The notes beneath the pieces were generated by a model. That model was not told the DNA's origin. It did no database searches and worked only from the letters and a program-made list of their open reading frames with translations. The translations under genes and the position numbers were made by a program. From Tubiluchus corallicola (lineage: Eukaryota > Animalia > Priapulida): 37,431 nucleotides of DNA. The DNA lies in assembly GCA_030141605.1 (NCBI GenBank), contig JAQGDQ010000573.1:100529-137959 (forward strand), read 5' to 3'. Position 1 is the first letter of the stretch. Every line of letters starts with the position of its first letter. Positions 34,889 through 37,431 of this stretch are shown in pieces.

Positions 34889-37248
34889 TAAGATCAGTAT
34901 CATAACCTTTGCTAGTTAGTGGTTGTTCAGATGTTCAGTGTCAAGATCAATACCATCATTTAGTTTAGTAGTTGTTCAGATGTTCAGTGTCAAGATCAAT
35001 ACCATCATTTAGTTTAGTAGTTGTTCAGATGTTCAGTGTCAAGATCAATACCATCATTTAGTTTAGTGGTTGTTCAGATGTTCAGTGTCAAGATCAATAC
35101 CATCATTTAGTTTAGTGGTTGTTCAGATGTTCAGTGTCAAGATCAATACCATCATTCAGTTTAGTAGTTGTTCAGATGTTCAGTGTCAAGATCAATACCA
35201 TCATTTAGTTTAGTGGTTGTTCAGATGTTCAGTGTCAAGATCAATACCATCATTTAGTTTAGTGGTTGTTCAGATGTTCACTGTCAAGACCAATACCATC
35301 ATTTAGTTTAGTGGTTGTTCAGATGTTCAGTGTCAAGATCAATACCATCATTCAGTTTAGTGGTTGTTCAGATGTTCAGTGTCAACATCAATACCATCAT
35401 TTAGTTTAGTAGTTGTTCAGATGTTCAGTGTCAACATCAATACCATCATTTAGTTTAGTAGTTGTTCAGATGTTCAGTGTCAAGATCAGTACCATCATTT
35501 AGTTTAGTAGTTGTTCAGATGTTCACTGTCAAGATCAGTACCATCATTTAGTTTAGTAGTTGTTCAGATGTTCAGTGTCAAGATCAATACCATCATTTAG
35601 TTTAGTAGTTGTTCAGATGTTCAGTGTCAAGATCAATACCATCATTTAGTTTAGTAGTTGTTCAGATGTTCAGTGTCAAGATCAATACCATCATTTAGTT
35701 TAGTGTTGTTCGATGTTCAGTGTATACCATCATTTAGTTTAGTAGTTGTTCAGATGTTCAGTGTCAAGATCAGTACCATCATTTAGTTTAGTAGTTGTTC
35801 AGATGTTCACTGTCAAGATCAGTACCATCATTTAGTTTAGTAGTTGTTCAGATGTTCAGTGTCAAGATCAGTACCATCATTTAGTTTAGTAGTTGTTCAG
35901 ATGTTCAGTGTCAAGATCAATACCATCATTTAGTTTAGTAGTTGTTCAGATGTTCAGTGTCAAGATCAATACCATCATTTAGTTTAGTAGTTGTTCAGAT
36001 GTTCAGTGTCAAGATCAATACCATCATTTAGTTTAGTAGTTGTTCAGATGTTCAGTGTCAAGATCAATACCATCATTTAGTTTAGTAGTTGTTCAGATGT
36101 TCAGTGTCAAGATCAGTACCATCATTTAGTTTAGTGGTTGTTCAGATGTTCAGTGTCAAGATCAATACCATCATTTAGTTTAGTAGTTGTTCAGATGTTC
36201 AGTGTCAAGATCAGTACCATCATTTAGTTTAGTAGTTGTTCAGATGTTCAGTGTCAAGATCAGTACCATCATTTAGTTTAGTAGTTGTTCAGATGTTCAC
36301 TGTCAAGATCAATACCATCATTTAGTTTAGTAGTTTCAGATGTTCTGTCAGATCAGTACCATATTAGTTTTGTTGTTCAATGTTCTGTCAAGATCATACC
36401 ATCATTTAGTTTATGTTGTTCGATGTTTCAGACTATCATTTGTTTAGTGTTGTTCAGATGTTCACTGTCAAGATCAGTACCATCATTTAGTTTAGTAGTT
36501 GTTCAATGTTCACTGTCAAGATCAGTACATCATTTAGTTTGTAGTTGTTCAATGTTCAGCTGTCAAGATCAGTACCATCATTTAGTTTAGTAGTTGTTCA
36601 GATGTTCACTTCAAGATCAGTACCATCATTTGTTTGTTGTGTTGTTCATCATTTAGTTTAGTAGTTGTTCAGATGTTCACTGTCAAGATCAGTACCATCA
36701 TTTAGTTTAGTAGTTGTTCAGATGTTCAGTGTCAAGATCAGTACCATCATTTAGTTTAGTAGTTGTTCAGATGTTCAGTGTCAAGATCAATACCATCATT
36801 TAGTTTAGTAGTTGTTCAGATGTTCACTGTCAAGATCAGTACCATCATTTAGTTTAGTAGTTGTTCAGATGTTCAGTGTCAAGATCAATACCATCATTTA
36901 GTTTAGTAGTTGTTCAGATGTTCAGTGTCAAGATCAATACCATCATTTAGTTTAGTAGTTGTTCAGATGTTCAGTGTCAAGATCAATACCATCATTTAGT
37001 TTAGTAGTTGTTCAGATGTTCACTGTCAAGATCAGTACCATCATTTAGTTTAGTAGTTGTTCAGATGTTCACTGTCAAGATCAGTACCATCATTTAGTTT
37101 AGTAGTTGTTCAGATGTTCACTGTCAAGATCAATACCATCATTTAGTTTAGTGGTTGTTCAGATGTTCACTGTCAAATCAGTACCATCATTTTAGTTTAG
37201 TAGTTGTTCAGATGTTCACTGTCAAGATCAATACCATCATTTAGTTTA
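34889..37248. repeat. 49-bp minisatellite, ~48 copies
   Basis: TGTTCAGATGTTCA(G/C)TGTCAAGATCA(A/G)TACCATCATTTAGTTTAGT(A/G)GT, with a deletion-rich patch at ~36330-36660. Confidence 0.97.
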
Positions 37249-37431
37249 GGTTGTGTGTTTGTGTTTTTTGGTTAATTAGTCTGTAGTTATTTGCTGCCTC
37301 TTTCTTATGGGAGCCACACCATCATTTTGAGGAAGTTGAAATTAGAGTCGTACATAGAGAGGTATCATTTGCTTAGTGATGAAGTTTATGGAAGATGTTC
37401 TAACAGCAAAAGACAAAAGATACACATAGCA

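Noticed and set aside
717-37248. Regular 28-62-bp repeats as CRISPR arrays
   Set aside because: Units are head-to-tail with no unique spacers, no cas genes are present, and the context is eukaryotic.

Overview
AT-rich eukaryotic genomic DNA, probably from an invertebrate animal, made up almost entirely of transposon relics and tandem repeats. No intact host gene, rRNA, tRNA or CRISPR array is recognisable. The centrepiece is a 5.0-kb Sola1-type DDD DNA transposon (16665-21690, minus strand, ~35-bp imperfect TIRs, ATAC target duplication). Its decayed transposase carries 24 tandem copies of a 60-bp unit encoding an acidic 20-aa repeat (DCGESYNSDPTYIPEPETES), and it is split by a 366-bp LINE 3'-end insertion. 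The whole element sits inside a TTAA/Kolobok-like MITE, giving a three-level nest. Around it lie hAT-, piggyBac- and Kolobok-like MITEs, a probable solo LTR, 3' fragments of several LINE clades (RTE, RTEX-like, CR1-like, L2/Crack-like), and tandem arrays with units of 11-142 bp. Several plus-strand TATA/Inr/splice-donor modules suggest the window may be the 5' intronic region of a host gene with alternative first exons, but this is weak inference. Family assignments come from recalled motifs and terminal signatures, not database searches. Coordinates were counted by hand.
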